64,000 nt of DNA from Promethearchaeota archaeon (GCA_019058295.1 JAHPZI010000002.1:1-64000); one strand, 5' to 3'; positions 30,120 to 41,025 are shown, numbered from the stretch's first letter. The notes: a model not told the origin generated them from the sequence alone. Program-made: numbers and translations.

Positions 30120-30479
30120 ATGGTGGAACAGCAAGAACAAGGACCATGTGTTTTATTATTTCTAGCAATAGTTTTGGGTGTACTAGGTTTCGTTTTTAAT
30201 GTTTGGTTTTTAATAGGTGTAGGTGGATTTTTATTTATCCTTGGAATTTGTCTGATAATTCAAGAAGCTAACAAACCAAAAACTACTGTGGCTCAACCTA
30301 CTTCTCAACCCGCTCAACAGCCAGTAGCACAGCCAGCACCTCAACCGACACCTCAACCAGCACCTCAACCGACACCTCAACCAGCACCTCAACCTCAAAT
30401 GGAGCAAGAATTTTGCCCACATTGCGGTGCGAAAACAACGGGAAAATATTGTACTCAATGTGGCTCTGAGATCGATTAA
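30120..30479 (+). CDS. Membrane protein with Pro/Gln-rich linker and C-terminal zinc ribbon
   Basis: Two TM helices, (PAPQ/PTPQ)n, FCPHCG...YCTQCG. Confidence 0.8.
   Translation: MVEQQEQGPCVLLFLAIVLGVLGFVFNVWFLIGVGGFLFILGICLIIQEANKPKTTVAQPTSQPAQQPVAQPAPQPTPQPAPQPTPQPAPQPQMEQEFCPHCGAKTTGKYCTQCGSEID
30333..30392 (+). repeat. Coding tandem repeat, 2.5 copies of the 24-nt unit CCAGCACCTCAACCGACACCTCAA
   Basis: Directly visible; encodes PAPQPTPQ. Confidence 0.9.
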
Positions 30480-30614
30480 AATTTGATTAATTTAACCAAT
30501 TCTTTTTTAATTTTTATTTTATATTGGGGAAAATCTTTGTTTTGAACTTTAAAACATAAATCTTTTAATAAAATAAAAGCAAATTGAACAATATATACTA
30601 CACCTGATAAAAAA

Positions 30615-31598
30615 ATGACTAAATCCGAATGGCAAAAAGTGGATTTTCAGCAATTTGTGAAGGACTATGGTATAGATATCGTAATTAATAACGCGCCGAG
30701 TATTTTATACTCGAAGAAAGATAAAGAGCATAAAGCACATAACTCATTAATAGCCTTTTTTCTTGTAGCAGTTGGTTTATTAATTTATCTCTCTCTCTCA
30801 TTATTTTTTATGGAAATTTATTTTAGTATCATTATTTTTATAACCGTGATTAGTTTATTAGTAGCAGTGGATACTGTATTAATTCTCAATTATATTAAGT
30901 CAAATATTTTAATTCGCCCCAGGGAGTGCTGGTTTGAAATTTTTAGATATAATGATTATTATTGTTTTTCCTACTACCTTATTTTCACGGGTAAATGTCA
31001 TCCAAATAAAGCAAAAAGTATTATCTTTAAATTATATCAAGATGAGATATTAAATGACACAATAGATATTACACAAATAGAAATCTATCTTAGGTTTAAT
31101 ACGGATGATTTCAATCACTTAGGATATTTTTTTGAATATGGTAAAGGAAAACCATTTTGGAAAGAAGAAATAAATCATAACGCATGGCAATATTTCCCCT
31201 ATGACAGATCTAAAAATGAAAATTACATAGCAATAGCAAATTGGGCTCATCAATATGAATGGCAGAATGATTTGGAGCTTGATTTTGATAAATTATATGA
31301 ATATGCGCCATGGATCATCAAACGATGGACTATGGACAATTTAAAACCCCTTACTGAAAGTTTTAAAAAAAAAGTTAATTGGAAATTAAGATATATTAAA
31401 TCAACGCCAAAATTACGTCCATGGGAGGGGAATTTAGAAAATCAAGAATACGAGTTTCCAAATCCTACATGGGAAACTGATATTATTAACGATGCTATTA
31501 AAAAAGTAATAGGAGAAGAATACCGCGTCGAAATCTTAAAAGATCTTAAACTCGATTTATTTAAATTAAAAACATATTTTAGAGAGTTATCCGTTTAA
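30615..31598 (+). CDS. Hypothetical membrane protein
   Basis: 327-aa ORF, two TM helices near the N-terminus. Confidence 0.6.
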   Translation: MTKSEWQKVDFQQFVKDYGIDIVINNAPSILYSKKDKEHKAHNSLIAFFLVAVGLLIYLSLSLFFMEIYFSIIIFITVISLLVAVDTVLILNYIKSNILIRPRECWFEIFRYNDYYCFSYYLIFTGKCHPNKAKSIIFKLYQDEILNDTIDITQIEIYLRFNTDDFNHLGYFFEYGKGKPFWKEEINHNAWQYFPYDRSKNENYIAIANWAHQYEWQNDLELDFDKLYEYAPWIIKRWTMDNLKPLTESFKKKVNWKLRYIKSTPKLRPWEGNLENQEYEFPNPTWETDIINDAIKKVIGEEYRVEILKDLKLDLFKLKTYFRELSV

Positions 31599-33152
31599 AT
31601 TTTCAAACATTTTTGTATTTCTTTCATATATCCTCGTAAATTGACGGTAGATTTTCTTATAAATCTTTTTAGAGTTTGGATTAGCTTTAAATGATTTTTC
31701 AATATGAATTAATGGTATTGCTTCCGAGAAATCTTTAAGTATTCCTAATCCAACCATAGCAACTATAGCTATGCCCCTATTACAAGCCAAGTCAGGTTCA
31801 GCTACTTTATTGATATTTTTTTCTAAAATATCTGCTAATATCTGACACCATACATTTGATTTAGCCCCTCCTCCAATAGCATTAATCTGATTGCTCTTCC
31901 CTACTAATCTTTCTACGTAAGTTAATCCCCATTTAATATTAAACGCAACTCCTTCGTACACCGCTCTTAAAAGATCTTCTCTTTTATGGTCGAGGCTTAA
32001 ATTATAAAAACCCCCTCGAACATTCGAATCATTTATAGGACTTCTTTCTCCATACATCCACGGTGTAAAAATTAAATTATTTGCACCAACTTCAGATCCT
32101 TCTACAGTATCATCCAAATATCTATATAGTTCTTGTTTATTGTTTTTATATTTCTCTACTTCACCTTTAAATATTTGATTTGCGACCCAATCTAAACAAA
32201 CCCCCCCCGTTTCCTGTTTACAAAGACATAAATAATTGTTTTGAGCAGAACAAATACTTCCAATGTAATATGCAAGGGTGTTCTTCCTTTCGGAAATATG
32301 TGCGCCAACAAAATCAGCTGTTCCTATACAAACGAGAAGGTGCTTTTCATTTATAGCTCCAGAACCAAGAGCCCCAGAAGTCAAATCAAACGATCCAACA
32401 AAAACAGGAAGTTCTGCTCTTAAACCTAGGTCCTCTGCTGCCTCTTTTGTTAAACTACCGGCCAAATCGGTTGATTTTTTTATTTCGGGTAGTTTTTGCT
32501 TGTCTATTTCAAATTTATCTAATATTGTATCAGACCAATTTAATTTATTTAAATCTGAATCCATCATCCATGAAACATTCCCTAAATCCACTGAAATTAT
32601 AGCATTATTTGTACATTTGTAAACAACAAAATCTTTTACATTAAAGAATTTATATGTTTTATTGTAAATCTCAGGTTCATGTTTTTTTAACCATATAATA
32701 TGAGAAATAGGATCCTTCCCATTTAGTCCAGGAGCGCCACCTGTATTATCAAGAAACATATTAAGTGTTTCAAAATTATATCCAGAGACTAAATTCTCTC
32801 CCTCTGAATATAGATGGGTTATTGTGGAAGCCCGAGTGTCAAGCCAACTAATACACTTCATTAAAGGAGTTCCTTGTTGATCTATGGGAATCGTACAATT
32901 CCCTTGGGAATCAAAAATTAAACCTACAATATCGTCTGGATTAATATTATTTTCATGAATAAGAATGTGAGTTGCTTTTATTACTGAATTCCAAAAATCT
33001 TCGGGTTCTTGTTCGACACACCCTTGTTGTTTTGGATAGTAAAGCGGATAACTCACTTTTGTCTGATTAAGCACATTCAATTTTAGGTCAAATAAAACAG
33101 CCTTATTTCCTGATGTTCCTAAATCATGAGTTAAAATATATTTATCTGTCAT
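31587..33152 (-). CDS. FGGY-family carbohydrate kinase (xylulokinase-like)
   Basis: HDLGTSGNKA, ISWLDTRA, GERSP, AVYEGVA, GGGAKSNVWCQILAD. Confidence 0.9.
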   Translation of the reverse strand: MTDKYILTHDLGTSGNKAVLFDLKLNVLNQTKVSYPLYYPKQQGCVEQEPEDFWNSVIKATHILIHENNINPDDIVGLIFDSQGNCTIPIDQQGTPLMKCISWLDTRASTITHLYSEGENLVSGYNFETLNMFLDNTGGAPGLNGKDPISHIIWLKKHEPEIYNKTYKFFNVKDFVVYKCTNNAIISVDLGNVSWMMDSDLNKLNWSDTILDKFEIDKQKLPEIKKSTDLAGSLTKEAAEDLGLRAELPVFVGSFDLTSGALGSGAINEKHLLVCIGTADFVGAHISERKNTLAYYIGSICSAQNNYLCLCKQETGGVCLDWVANQIFKGEVEKYKNNKQELYRYLDDTVEGSEVGANNLIFTPWMYGERSPINDSNVRGGFYNLSLDHKREDLLRAVYEGVAFNIKWGLTYVERLVGKSNQINAIGGGAKSNVWCQILADILEKNINKVAEPDLACNRGIAIVAMVGLGILKDFSEAIPLIHIEKSFKANPNSKKIYKKIYRQFTRIYERNTKMFENLNG

Positions 33153-33334
33153 TTTAATTATTGTTGATTTTTACTTGTATATTTATAATATTAATTCAAT
33201 ACAAATAAAAATAAACTTAAATTCTCATAAACTTAAAAGAAATTTTATAGCACAAATCTTTAAATTTAAAAAATTAATAAATAATTAGAATCGAAAGAAA
33301 TTAATAAAAATAATATAAAAAGGGAGTGTTGTAA

Positions 33335-34741
33335 TTGGAATCTATATCGACCATTTCAAAACTTGAAATTCCAATAGGTAAAGTTTTTTACAGTAAGAAA
33401 TCAAAAATCTTATCTGTTGATCTTTTTGGTTTTGTGTTCGTAGGCCATTATAAAAAATCTGCAAAAGTTAGCGAAATATTAGACGATATTTTTGCTTCAT
33501 TGAAAGAGATCAAATTTGAACGTAGCTCCATTTGTTTCTTGGATTATAATAACTTGCCAATTTCCGAAAAGAAAAAATTAACGAATCTAAGGTTGAAAGA
33601 GAAAATCGAAAAGGAAGAAAAAAAAGGTAAGAAAGGAAAAGTTGAAAAAGAAAAAGAAAAAAAAGCTGATAAAATAGAAGAGAAAAAAGTATCCGAGAAA
33701 ACGAGAAAAGATAAGAGAAAAAAAGAAAGCAAACTTGTACAATCAGAACAAGAAAGAGAATATTCGTATGGAAGAGATTTAGAAGAGGAAGCTCGTTTTA
33801 AACGAGAAATTGATGTCAGTACTGATGACAAAATATTAATGAAAGACACCGCGGAAGCTTTGGATGAATTGAGTTTTAGTACAAAAGCACCAACAAGAGC
33901 ATCTATTCCACCACCACCAACACCAGCACCTGAGTCTTCTCCACCAGCAGGAGGAGCTCCGGCTAAATCAGAGAGAGCTATAGAACCCGAAGAATATGAA
34001 GAAGAAGGAGAATTAGCGGAAGAAGAAGAGCCTAAACCAACTACTTATAATATCAATATGGGGTTTCAATATTATTCTGTAATGATGGAGCAGAAGAGTT
34101 ATTTATTTTACGTTTATTTCTCACATGAAGAATTAAAAATTATGGATGAGGAGGGTAAAACAATATACACGACTACATTTACAATAACCACAATTAAAAA
34201 AGAACCTCCAATATTAGATTTAAGAATAGAAGGGGAAGGATTTGAGGTCCATCCGTTAACAGGGAAAGTTGAAGTCAAAAAAGATGCAGTTAATCCCCCA
34301 GTGATGATCTTTTCCGTATTACCATTAAAATCAATTAAGACTAAAAAGAAAAAACAAAAGAAAAAGAGTGAGAGACGCTATCTAAACGTCTATATCGATT
34401 TTGAAAATAAAACAATTAGTCATTCCGTTTTATCTATAATTGTACAGCCAAAGCATTATCATTTAGATTTAGGGCCTATACATTTAGATCTTAGTAAAAG
34501 GACAGCAATGACCATATCTTTCATTTCTGTATTAGTAGCTACGATTTCGACTATATATTCATTTTTAAATTTCGAAGTAACATCTTTAACGGACATAGTT
34601 AGCGGGTTTGCTCCAGGTCTAGCTTCGTTTATATTTTTCGCAGTATTTATTATAACATTATTTAAAAATGGTATATATCCTCTTAAACAAAAGTGGGCCG
34701 CTTTATTAAATTTTGATAAGGGACCCACAATGATTAAATAG
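33335..34741 (+). CDS. Hypothetical protein with Lys/Glu-rich and Pro-rich low-complexity segments and two C-terminal TM helices
   Basis: 468-aa ORF, GGGAG RBS before TTG. Confidence 0.6.
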   Translation: MESISTISKLEIPIGKVFYSKKSKILSVDLFGFVFVGHYKKSAKVSEILDDIFASLKEIKFERSSICFLDYNNLPISEKKKLTNLRLKEKIEKEEKKGKKGKVEKEKEKKADKIEEKKVSEKTRKDKRKKESKLVQSEQEREYSYGRDLEEEARFKREIDVSTDDKILMKDTAEALDELSFSTKAPTRASIPPPPTPAPESSPPAGGAPAKSERAIEPEEYEEEGELAEEEEPKPTTYNINMGFQYYSVMMEQKSYLFYVYFSHEELKIMDEEGKTIYTTTFTITTIKKEPPILDLRIEGEGFEVHPLTGKVEVKKDAVNPPVMIFSVLPLKSIKTKKKKQKKKSERRYLNVYIDFENKTISHSVLSIIVQPKHYHLDLGPIHLDLSKRTAMTISFISVLVATISTIYSFLNFEVTSLTDIVSGFAPGLASFIFFAVFIITLFKNGIYPLKQKWAALLNFDKGPTMIK

Positions 34742-34743
34742 AT

Positions 34744-35637
34744 TTAAGCCTCTAAATATTCCCAAAATTTTTTTTTTAAACCTTTTATTTTCTTATCTTT
34801 TAATTTTATGAAATACACTTCCCTTTTAGCAATAATAGGATAATCTTTAACTTCTAAAATTTTAATCAGCCCAGCATCTTCAGCTTTTTTAACAATAATT
34901 TCGCTTAGAATAGAAATATTATCCGATTCGCTGACTGCTGAGATAATTGAATCATTATCATTCATTTCTAATATCATATTTAATTCCTTATATCTAGGAA
35001 AATGTTGTTCAATTATATTTCGAGTTCCAGAGCCTTTTTCCCTGAAAATAAAAGGAAATTTAATAAGATCGTCAAAATTAACTATATTTTCTCCACTTTT
35101 TAGCAATTTATGATTAGGATTGCATATGAATACGAGATTATCATCTCCAATTTTAATAATATCAAAGTGATCTTGCTTTTCTTCCATAAAACTGCCTACT
35201 CCCGCAAAATCTGAGATCCCTTTTATTAATAAATCGATTGCTTTTTGCGAATTATTTATTAATACTTTAAAATTAACATTTGGATGCTCATTTCTAAAGT
35301 TAGCTATGTATTTTGGTAAAATATGAGATCCTGGCAATGTCGAAGCTGTTATGGTTATATCTTCAATCTGTTGCTTACTGTACTTAGAAAGTTCTTGGAT
35401 ACAAGAATCATATAAATTGATTATTTTTTCAGCATAGTCCAAGAATATTTTACCTTCCTGGGTTATATCAAATTTTCTAGTACTTCTATCTATCAAGGTG
35501 ATCCCTCCTAATTCTTTTTCTAATTGAGAAATCTGATGAGATAAAGTACTTTGTGAAATTGAGAGCTCTTTTGATAATTCAGAAAAACTCTGATATTTCG
35601 TGAGGCTAATAAAGTTTCTTAAAAATTCAATATTCAT
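34744..35637 (-). CDS. LysR-family transcriptional regulator (resembles the selenium/sulfur-metabolism-associated, CysL-like group)
   Basis: SFSELSKELSISQSTLSHQISQLEKELG, ASTLPGSHILP, REKGSGTR. Confidence 0.9.
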   Translation of the reverse strand: MNIEFLRNFISLTKYQSFSELSKELSISQSTLSHQISQLEKELGGITLIDRSTRKFDITQEGKIFLDYAEKIINLYDSCIQELSKYSKQQIEDITITASTLPGSHILPKYIANFRNEHPNVNFKVLINNSQKAIDLLIKGISDFAGVGSFMEEKQDHFDIIKIGDDNLVFICNPNHKLLKSGENIVNFDDLIKFPFIFREKGSGTRNIIEQHFPRYKELNMILEMNDNDSIISAVSESDNISILSEIIVKKAEDAGLIKILEVKDYPIIAKREVYFIKLKDKKIKGLKKKFWEYLEA

Positions 35638-35792
35638 TTCAAAATTAGCTTTACTTATGTATAATTTAATTATGGGTGAAAGATGTTAAAAATGTATTCT
35701 AATTTAAAATTGTGAATTGTTCCTTAAATTAACACGCCTAAATTGATTTTCAATTAAATTTTAAAATTACTTCTTATTTTCTTACCTATATT

Positions 35793-37280
35793 ATGAGTTC
35801 ACACTTCTTACATGATTTTCTGCGTCCAAAGAGCATAGCCATTTATGGTGCTAATAATACTTTTGGTACCACAATGGGCACCATGCAATTAATGCGGATT
35901 ATTAGTTCGGGATATAAGGGTAAAATTTTTCCCATCCACTTAAAATTAGATAAAGTATTAGGCTATAAGGCTTATAGAACAATAGCAGAAGTTCCAGAAA
36001 TTCCTGATCTCGTTGTAATAGTGTTGCCACCTAAAGTTGTTCCTCAGGTTTTTAAAGAATGTGGAGAGAAAGGAGTTAAAAAAATTGTATTGATTTCTGG
36101 AGGTTTTAGGGAAGTTACCGGTGATCGAGTTAACACACTCACGGAACAAATAATTGAAATTGCAAACCATTATGGCATTAGATTCATTGGCCCCAACTGT
36201 TTTGGTTTTTATAATAGTTGGATTTATCCAGAAAACGACGGTATTTTAAATATGATGGTATGGGGGGATGGGTTAAAGCGAGGTAAATTTTCATTAGCCT
36301 CTCAAAGTGGTACCATGTCAAGCCATTGGGGGATGGATCCAGAATATATCGATCTTAGTGTGGGTAAGACAATTTCAGTTGGAAATGAAGCTAACATTGA
36401 TCTTGTAGATTTTTTAGAATATTTTAAAGATGATGATGAAACTGAAGTAATTGGATTATATATTGAAGAAATTAAACGAGGACAAAAATTTATACAACTA
36501 ACAAAAGAGATTACACCAAAAAAACCGATTGTAGCTATGTATGGAGGAGGATCTGGAGCAGGTAATCGCGCTATAAGGAGTCATACAGGTTCAATGGCAG
36601 GAAATATTAAGATCTTTGATGCTATGATTAAAGAGACCGGGATTATCAAGACTGATTATATTTTAGAATTTCTCGATATTGTCTCAATATTATCAAACCC
36701 AAACTTCATATATCCTCGAGGAAACCGAATAGGAATCGTAACTAACTCAGGTGGGCCAGGAGCTTTAATAGCAAACAACGCTGAAAGAAAGGGGCTAATT
36801 GTTCCTAAATTATCAGATACATTACAACTTAAATTTAAAAAGATTTTACCTTCTACTGGCAGTTGGGTTAATCCCATCGATGTTACCTTCGATATGAATA
36901 TCTTCAATTTTTATATAAATCTTCCTAAAACATTAATGAGATCTGGAGAAGTGGATGCAATAATCATATATGGTGCTATAGGATTTCATGAAATGATACC
37001 ATATATGCAGCAAAATGAAAAACTATCTGCCCATGTAGAATTTAGGGAAGATATGGCTGATAGATTAGATGAGATGGACAAAATCTTTATCAAACCAACT
37101 ATTAAAGCATCTCAAAAATATTCGATCCCAATTCTCTATATTAATCCTCAAAATTATGCGAGTACTTGGTCGAAAAAAATTAGAGAACATGGAGGGATCG
37201 TTTTTCAATTCTGGGATCGTCCTGTAGGTGCATTAGCAAAGATAATTGAATATATAGAATTCACCAAAAAGCATTCTTAA
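35793..37280 (+). CDS. NDP-forming acyl-CoA synthetase alpha-like (CoA-binding) protein
   Basis: PKSIAIYGA, IGPNCFG, SQSG, GNEANID, SHTGSMAG, TNSGGPG, NPIDVT. Confidence 0.88.
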   Translation: MSSHFLHDFLRPKSIAIYGANNTFGTTMGTMQLMRIISSGYKGKIFPIHLKLDKVLGYKAYRTIAEVPEIPDLVVIVLPPKVVPQVFKECGEKGVKKIVLISGGFREVTGDRVNTLTEQIIEIANHYGIRFIGPNCFGFYNSWIYPENDGILNMMVWGDGLKRGKFSLASQSGTMSSHWGMDPEYIDLSVGKTISVGNEANIDLVDFLEYFKDDDETEVIGLYIEEIKRGQKFIQLTKEITPKKPIVAMYGGGSGAGNRAIRSHTGSMAGNIKIFDAMIKETGIIKTDYILEFLDIVSILSNPNFIYPRGNRIGIVTNSGGPGALIANNAERKGLIVPKLSDTLQLKFKKILPSTGSWVNPIDVTFDMNIFNFYINLPKTLMRSGEVDAIIIYGAIGFHEMIPYMQQNEKLSAHVEFREDMADRLDEMDKIFIKPTIKASQKYSIPILYINPQNYASTWSKKIREHGGIVFQFWDRPVGALAKIIEYIEFTKKHS

Positions 37281-37337
37281 TTTATCTCCATTAATATTTT
37301 TTTATTCTCTTTCAATTTAGATGCTTTTTAATTTTTC

Positions 37338-37365
37338 TATCGAAATAATCGATAATTATTATCGA
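37338..37365. promoter_or_regulatory. Palindromic operator, copy 1 (TATCGA-N5-TCGATAATtATTATCGA) upstream of dsrE/tusA
   Basis: Contains the T-N11-A LysR-type dyad; followed by TATA-like TTTAAATA; repeated at 38078. Confidence 0.7.
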
Positions 37366-37437
37366 AAATTTAAATATCAATCTTAAATTTGTATAAATAC
37401 AGATATAAATAAAATTGTTTTTGAGTAGAAATTAAAA

Positions 37438-37797
37438 ATGTCAGATAAAAAGAAAGTCTTTACGATTGCTATTGGAAGTGGCCAATATACCACTGAAAGG
37501 CCCTATACTCTTCTTAGATTTGCATATACCGCTTTATTAGGGGGACACAATATAAATATTTTTCTTGTGGAAGATGGTATTTGGGTGGGAAAGAAGAATC
37601 AAGATCCTAGTACTTATGATAATGTCGGAAAGTGGTTAAAAGATGTTATTGAAGAAGGTGCTAAAGTGTTAGCATGTGGTGTTTGTATGAAAGCTCGAGG
37701 GATGTCCGAAGAGGAATTAATAGAAGGCATCCAAAAAACTACTATGAATGGATTTCTTGAAATGTGTGAAGAGGCTGATAATATCATATTCTCTTAA
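37438..37797 (+). CDS. DsrE/TusD-family sulfur-relay protein
   Basis: IFLVEDGIW, ACGVCMKARG. Confidence 0.85.
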   Translation: MSDKKKVFTIAIGSGQYTTERPYTLLRFAYTALLGGHNINIFLVEDGIWVGKKNQDPSTYDNVGKWLKDVIEEGAKVLACGVCMKARGMSEEELIEGIQKTTMNGFLEMCEEADNIIFS

Positions 37798-37820
37798 ATA
37801 TGATAAAGGTGATTAAAAAA

Positions 37821-38048
37821 ATGGCAAATACCTTAAAATTAGATTGCGCAGGTTTAGTATGTCCTTTACCAGTAGCAAAAACAAAAAAAATGCTGAATAA
37901 AATGAATAGTGGAGATATATTAGATGTATTTGGAGATTTTTATGAAGCTGGAGAAAATATAAAGAGATTCGCCGAAAAACATGGGGGAAAGATTTTAGAA
38001 TTCAAATCCGAAGGAGAAAATTATCACGTGATAATTGAAAAAAAATAA
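37821..38048 (+). CDS. TusA/SirA-family sulfurtransferase
   Basis: LDCAGLVCPLPV motif; GGTGA RBS before ATG 37821. Confidence 0.88.
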   Translation: MANTLKLDCAGLVCPLPVAKTKKMLNKMNSGDILDVFGDFYEAGENIKRFAEKHGGKILEFKSEGENYHVIIEKK

Positions 38049-38077
38049 AGAAAAAGCTGTTTTTTTAAAATTTTATT

Positions 38078-38105
38078 TATCGAGTTTTTCGATAATCATT
38101 ATCGA
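38078..38105. promoter_or_regulatory. Palindromic operator, copy 2 (TATCGA-N5-TCGATAATcATTATCGA) upstream of the double-cubane reductase gene
   Basis: Same architecture and spacing as 37338-37365. Confidence 0.7.
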
Positions 38106-38180
38106 TAATTTTAATAATTATAATACACATCTTCTATCACTTATAAAATAACTTTAAAAATATTATTAAGAAGAATTATA

Positions 38181-39473
38181 ATGACTCAAATTGAAAAAAC
38201 AAATTGGCGTCCTATGTGGGAAGACCTCGGCATTGACATGGAAAAACATGATCAATTATTAAGTATCCTACCAGATATTTTCAAGGAGGTTTATATTGAT
38301 TCTCAAAAAAATCGACCAGAAGCTATAAGTTTTTGGGACTTTGTGGTTGGAGATATCCACGGAATACGGGTTAGTGAATTAAAGAAAGCAAAAGAAGAGG
38401 GTAAAAAGGTTATTGGGACCTTCTGTTTATATGTTCCCGATGAGATTATTTTTGCATTAGATGCGATTAGTGTTGGTTTATGTGGGGGTACTAACTTCTC
38501 GAACTATGCTTCTGAAGATCTTCTACCTAACAACATCTGTGCATTAATTAAATCTGCTTTAGGATTTGGAGTAGGTAATATTTGTCCATATTATTCAATG
38601 ACAGATATTCTCATCGGTGAGACTACTTGCGATGGAAAGAAAAAAGCTTGGGAAGTTTTAAAAGATTATAAACCTGTGTATGTAATGGAAACACCTCAAT
38701 GCAAATCTCGCCCGGAAGCAAGAGAACATTTCATTGCAGAGATTAAAGCATTAGTTGCAAAATTAGAAATAGTTACTGGAAACAAACTTACTGTAGAAAA
38801 GTTAAAAGCGGCTATGGAAAAAATAGCTAAGAAAAGAACTCAAATGTGTCGTGTTTATGACGCAAGAAAAATTGATCCTCCCCCAATTTCAGGTAAGGAT
38901 GCTCTTCTTATGTCTCAAGTTGCTTTTTATGATGATCCTGACAGAGAAATAGAAATGGTTAGTAAATTAGCTGATGAATTGGAAGATAGAATTAATAAGG
39001 GTATTGGAGTGGTCAATAAAGGAACTAAACGAATTTTAATTAGTGGAACTCCAATGGCTATTCCAAATTGGAAATTGCACCATATTATTGAAACAAGTGG
39101 GGCTGTAGTTGTTACAGAAGAAACTTGTACTGGAACAAGATATTTTGATTCAGAATTTCCAGAAATTAAAGGAGACTCTATTGATGACTTACTTGGACTT
39201 ATTGCCAATAGATATCTAAATATAAATTGTGCATGTTTCACTCCTAACGATAATCGTTTAAAAGATATTAAGCAACTTTTTAAAGAATATAATGCAGATG
39301 GAATAATCTTCTATACGCTCTCTTTTTGCCAGACTTATGACATAGAATCAATAATGTTTGAAAAAGAACTTAAGAAAGAAGGCATTCCAGTAATGTCCAT
39401 AACTACAGACTACTCATCCGAAGATGAAAGCCAATTAAAAACACGAATTCAAGCGTTCCTTGAAATGATTTAA
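38181..39473 (+). CDS. 2-hydroxyacyl-CoA dehydratase (HgdB/FldB) family, double-cubane-cluster reductase-like
   Basis: GTFCLYVPDE, LCGG, NICALIKS, CPY, ETTCDGKKK, EETCTG, NCACF, FCQTY, TDYS..D..QLKTRIQAFLEM. Confidence 0.88.
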   Translation: MTQIEKTNWRPMWEDLGIDMEKHDQLLSILPDIFKEVYIDSQKNRPEAISFWDFVVGDIHGIRVSELKKAKEEGKKVIGTFCLYVPDEIIFALDAISVGLCGGTNFSNYASEDLLPNNICALIKSALGFGVGNICPYYSMTDILIGETTCDGKKKAWEVLKDYKPVYVMETPQCKSRPEAREHFIAEIKALVAKLEIVTGNKLTVEKLKAAMEKIAKKRTQMCRVYDARKIDPPPISGKDALLMSQVAFYDDPDREIEMVSKLADELEDRINKGIGVVNKGTKRILISGTPMAIPNWKLHHIIETSGAVVVTEETCTGTRYFDSEFPEIKGDSIDDLLGLIANRYLNINCACFTPNDNRLKDIKQLFKEYNADGIIFYTLSFCQTYDIESIMFEKELKKEGIPVMSITTDYSSEDESQLKTRIQAFLEMI

Positions 39474-39617
39474 ATCTAAGATTTTTTATTACTAAGTATT
39501 AAAAATTATTATCTTTTTTTTCTATTTTTCTTTTTTTCTATTGATTAGTATTTGTAGAAGAATAATTAGAAAACGATAATCAAATTATTTAAATGCTTGA
39601 GAATTACTAATGCCTAT

Positions 39618-40763
39618 ATGATACTCACAAAATTTCAAAAATTGATTGGAACAAAGTATCCAATAATACAAGCGGGGATGGGTCCTTATAGTACCACTGA
39701 CCTCTGCATTGCAGTAGCTAAAGAAGGGGGGCTGGGATTAATCTCAACAATCGGCATGGGAGCCGGTTTAAGTCCAGCTACGCCTGAAGCTGCAGAAAGA
39801 GTCTTCGGGAAGGGGAGACCTCAAGATATTTTAAAAAGAACCATCCAATATGTATTTGATAATTTAAAGGATTACCCAGACGCTAAATTTGGAGTAAATA
39901 TACCGGTTGCGACGGATTTTTCTTATGTAGCGAAGCGCTTAGTTAAGGGAACTTTAGAAATCTTAAAAGAAAAACCAGAGATCCATGATAAATTTGCAGT
40001 TATAGTAACTTCAGCAGGTGATCCATTGCCCTGGTCAATAGATGCCGTGTCGAAAGGTGCTAAAAAGGCAAAGATTCCTATTAAAGAAGAATTACCTAAG
40101 ATTGTTTGGTGTCATGTTTGTCCTAACGTAAGAGCAGCTAAACGCTGTGAAAAAGCAGGTGTTGATATTGTCATCGCATCGGGAAGAGAAGGTGGAGCTC
40201 ATTGTGCATGGAGGGATGTTTCATCAATGGTATTACTTCCCGAAGTCGTTAATAATGTTAATATACCCGTCGTGGGTGCAGGGGGATTCTCAGATGGAGC
40301 TTCTCTCGCAGCTGCTTTAGCTTTAGGTGCGATTGGCATTCAGATGGGAACGCGCTTTATTGCAACTAAAGAAGCGGATTTTCAACAAATGTGGAAAGAA
40401 GCTATCGTGAAACGAGCCGAAACTGATACTCTTGTGGCTCGAGGCTTGTTTGGCCCGATGCGCTTTCTTAGAAATACGATGTCCATGAAAGTTGTGGATG
40501 CAACAATAGATGGAGCTTCGAATCTCTATAGAGGGATCCCATGTCCATCGAATCAAACGATAATGGACATTGAAATGGAAGGTCTTAGAAAGCTTTACAA
40601 CGAGAGTGAAGAAGAATCTATAATACTAGGGGGAGTGGTTACCGGACGTATTCATTCGATCCCTACAGTGAAAGAACTGCTTGAAAGTATAATAGCAGAA
40701 GCTGAAGAAATTATCTCAAAATTACCATCCTACATTAGAAAAGAGAAATTAATAGAAATTTAA
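39618..40763 (+). CDS. Nitronate monooxygenase / FabK-like FMN oxidoreductase
   Basis: YPIIQAGMG, GREGGAH, PVVGAGGFSDG, GIQMGTRF. Confidence 0.88.
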   Translation: MILTKFQKLIGTKYPIIQAGMGPYSTTDLCIAVAKEGGLGLISTIGMGAGLSPATPEAAERVFGKGRPQDILKRTIQYVFDNLKDYPDAKFGVNIPVATDFSYVAKRLVKGTLEILKEKPEIHDKFAVIVTSAGDPLPWSIDAVSKGAKKAKIPIKEELPKIVWCHVCPNVRAAKRCEKAGVDIVIASGREGGAHCAWRDVSSMVLLPEVVNNVNIPVVGAGGFSDGASLAAALALGAIGIQMGTRFIATKEADFQQMWKEAIVKRAETDTLVARGLFGPMRFLRNTMSMKVVDATIDGASNLYRGIPCPSNQTIMDIEMEGLRKLYNESEEESIILGGVVTGRIHSIPTVKELLESIIAEAEEIISKLPSYIRKEKLIEI

Positions 40764-41025
40764 AAAATAAGAACTAAAATTTAATTTTTATTATTATTCA
40801 TTTTATTATAGCTTTGTTCTTTTGGAATTTATTCCAATAAGATTTTTTTTACCAGTTAATTCAGACACGCATATCATTAAACAGAATACTCAATTTTAAA
40901 TACTCTTAATATATGATATTATTGATTAGGTAAAATAATTTTTTTCACCATTAAAAATTCAAGATTCTTAGTGCATAAAATTTAGAAATATTTAATAAAA
41001 TAAAATTATGCTTGTGAACTAAATC

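Noticed and set aside
30231-30458. Minus-strand ORF with LRCW/LRCR repeats; repeat considered as a CRISPR-like array
   Set aside because: Antisense of the PAPQ/PTPQ coding repeat; there are no unique spacers and no cas genes.
40850-40915. Minus-strand TTAATGA-tatgcgtgt-CTGA resembling the 3' half of a C/D sRNA
   Set aside because: No convincing C box upstream and no target I can verify.
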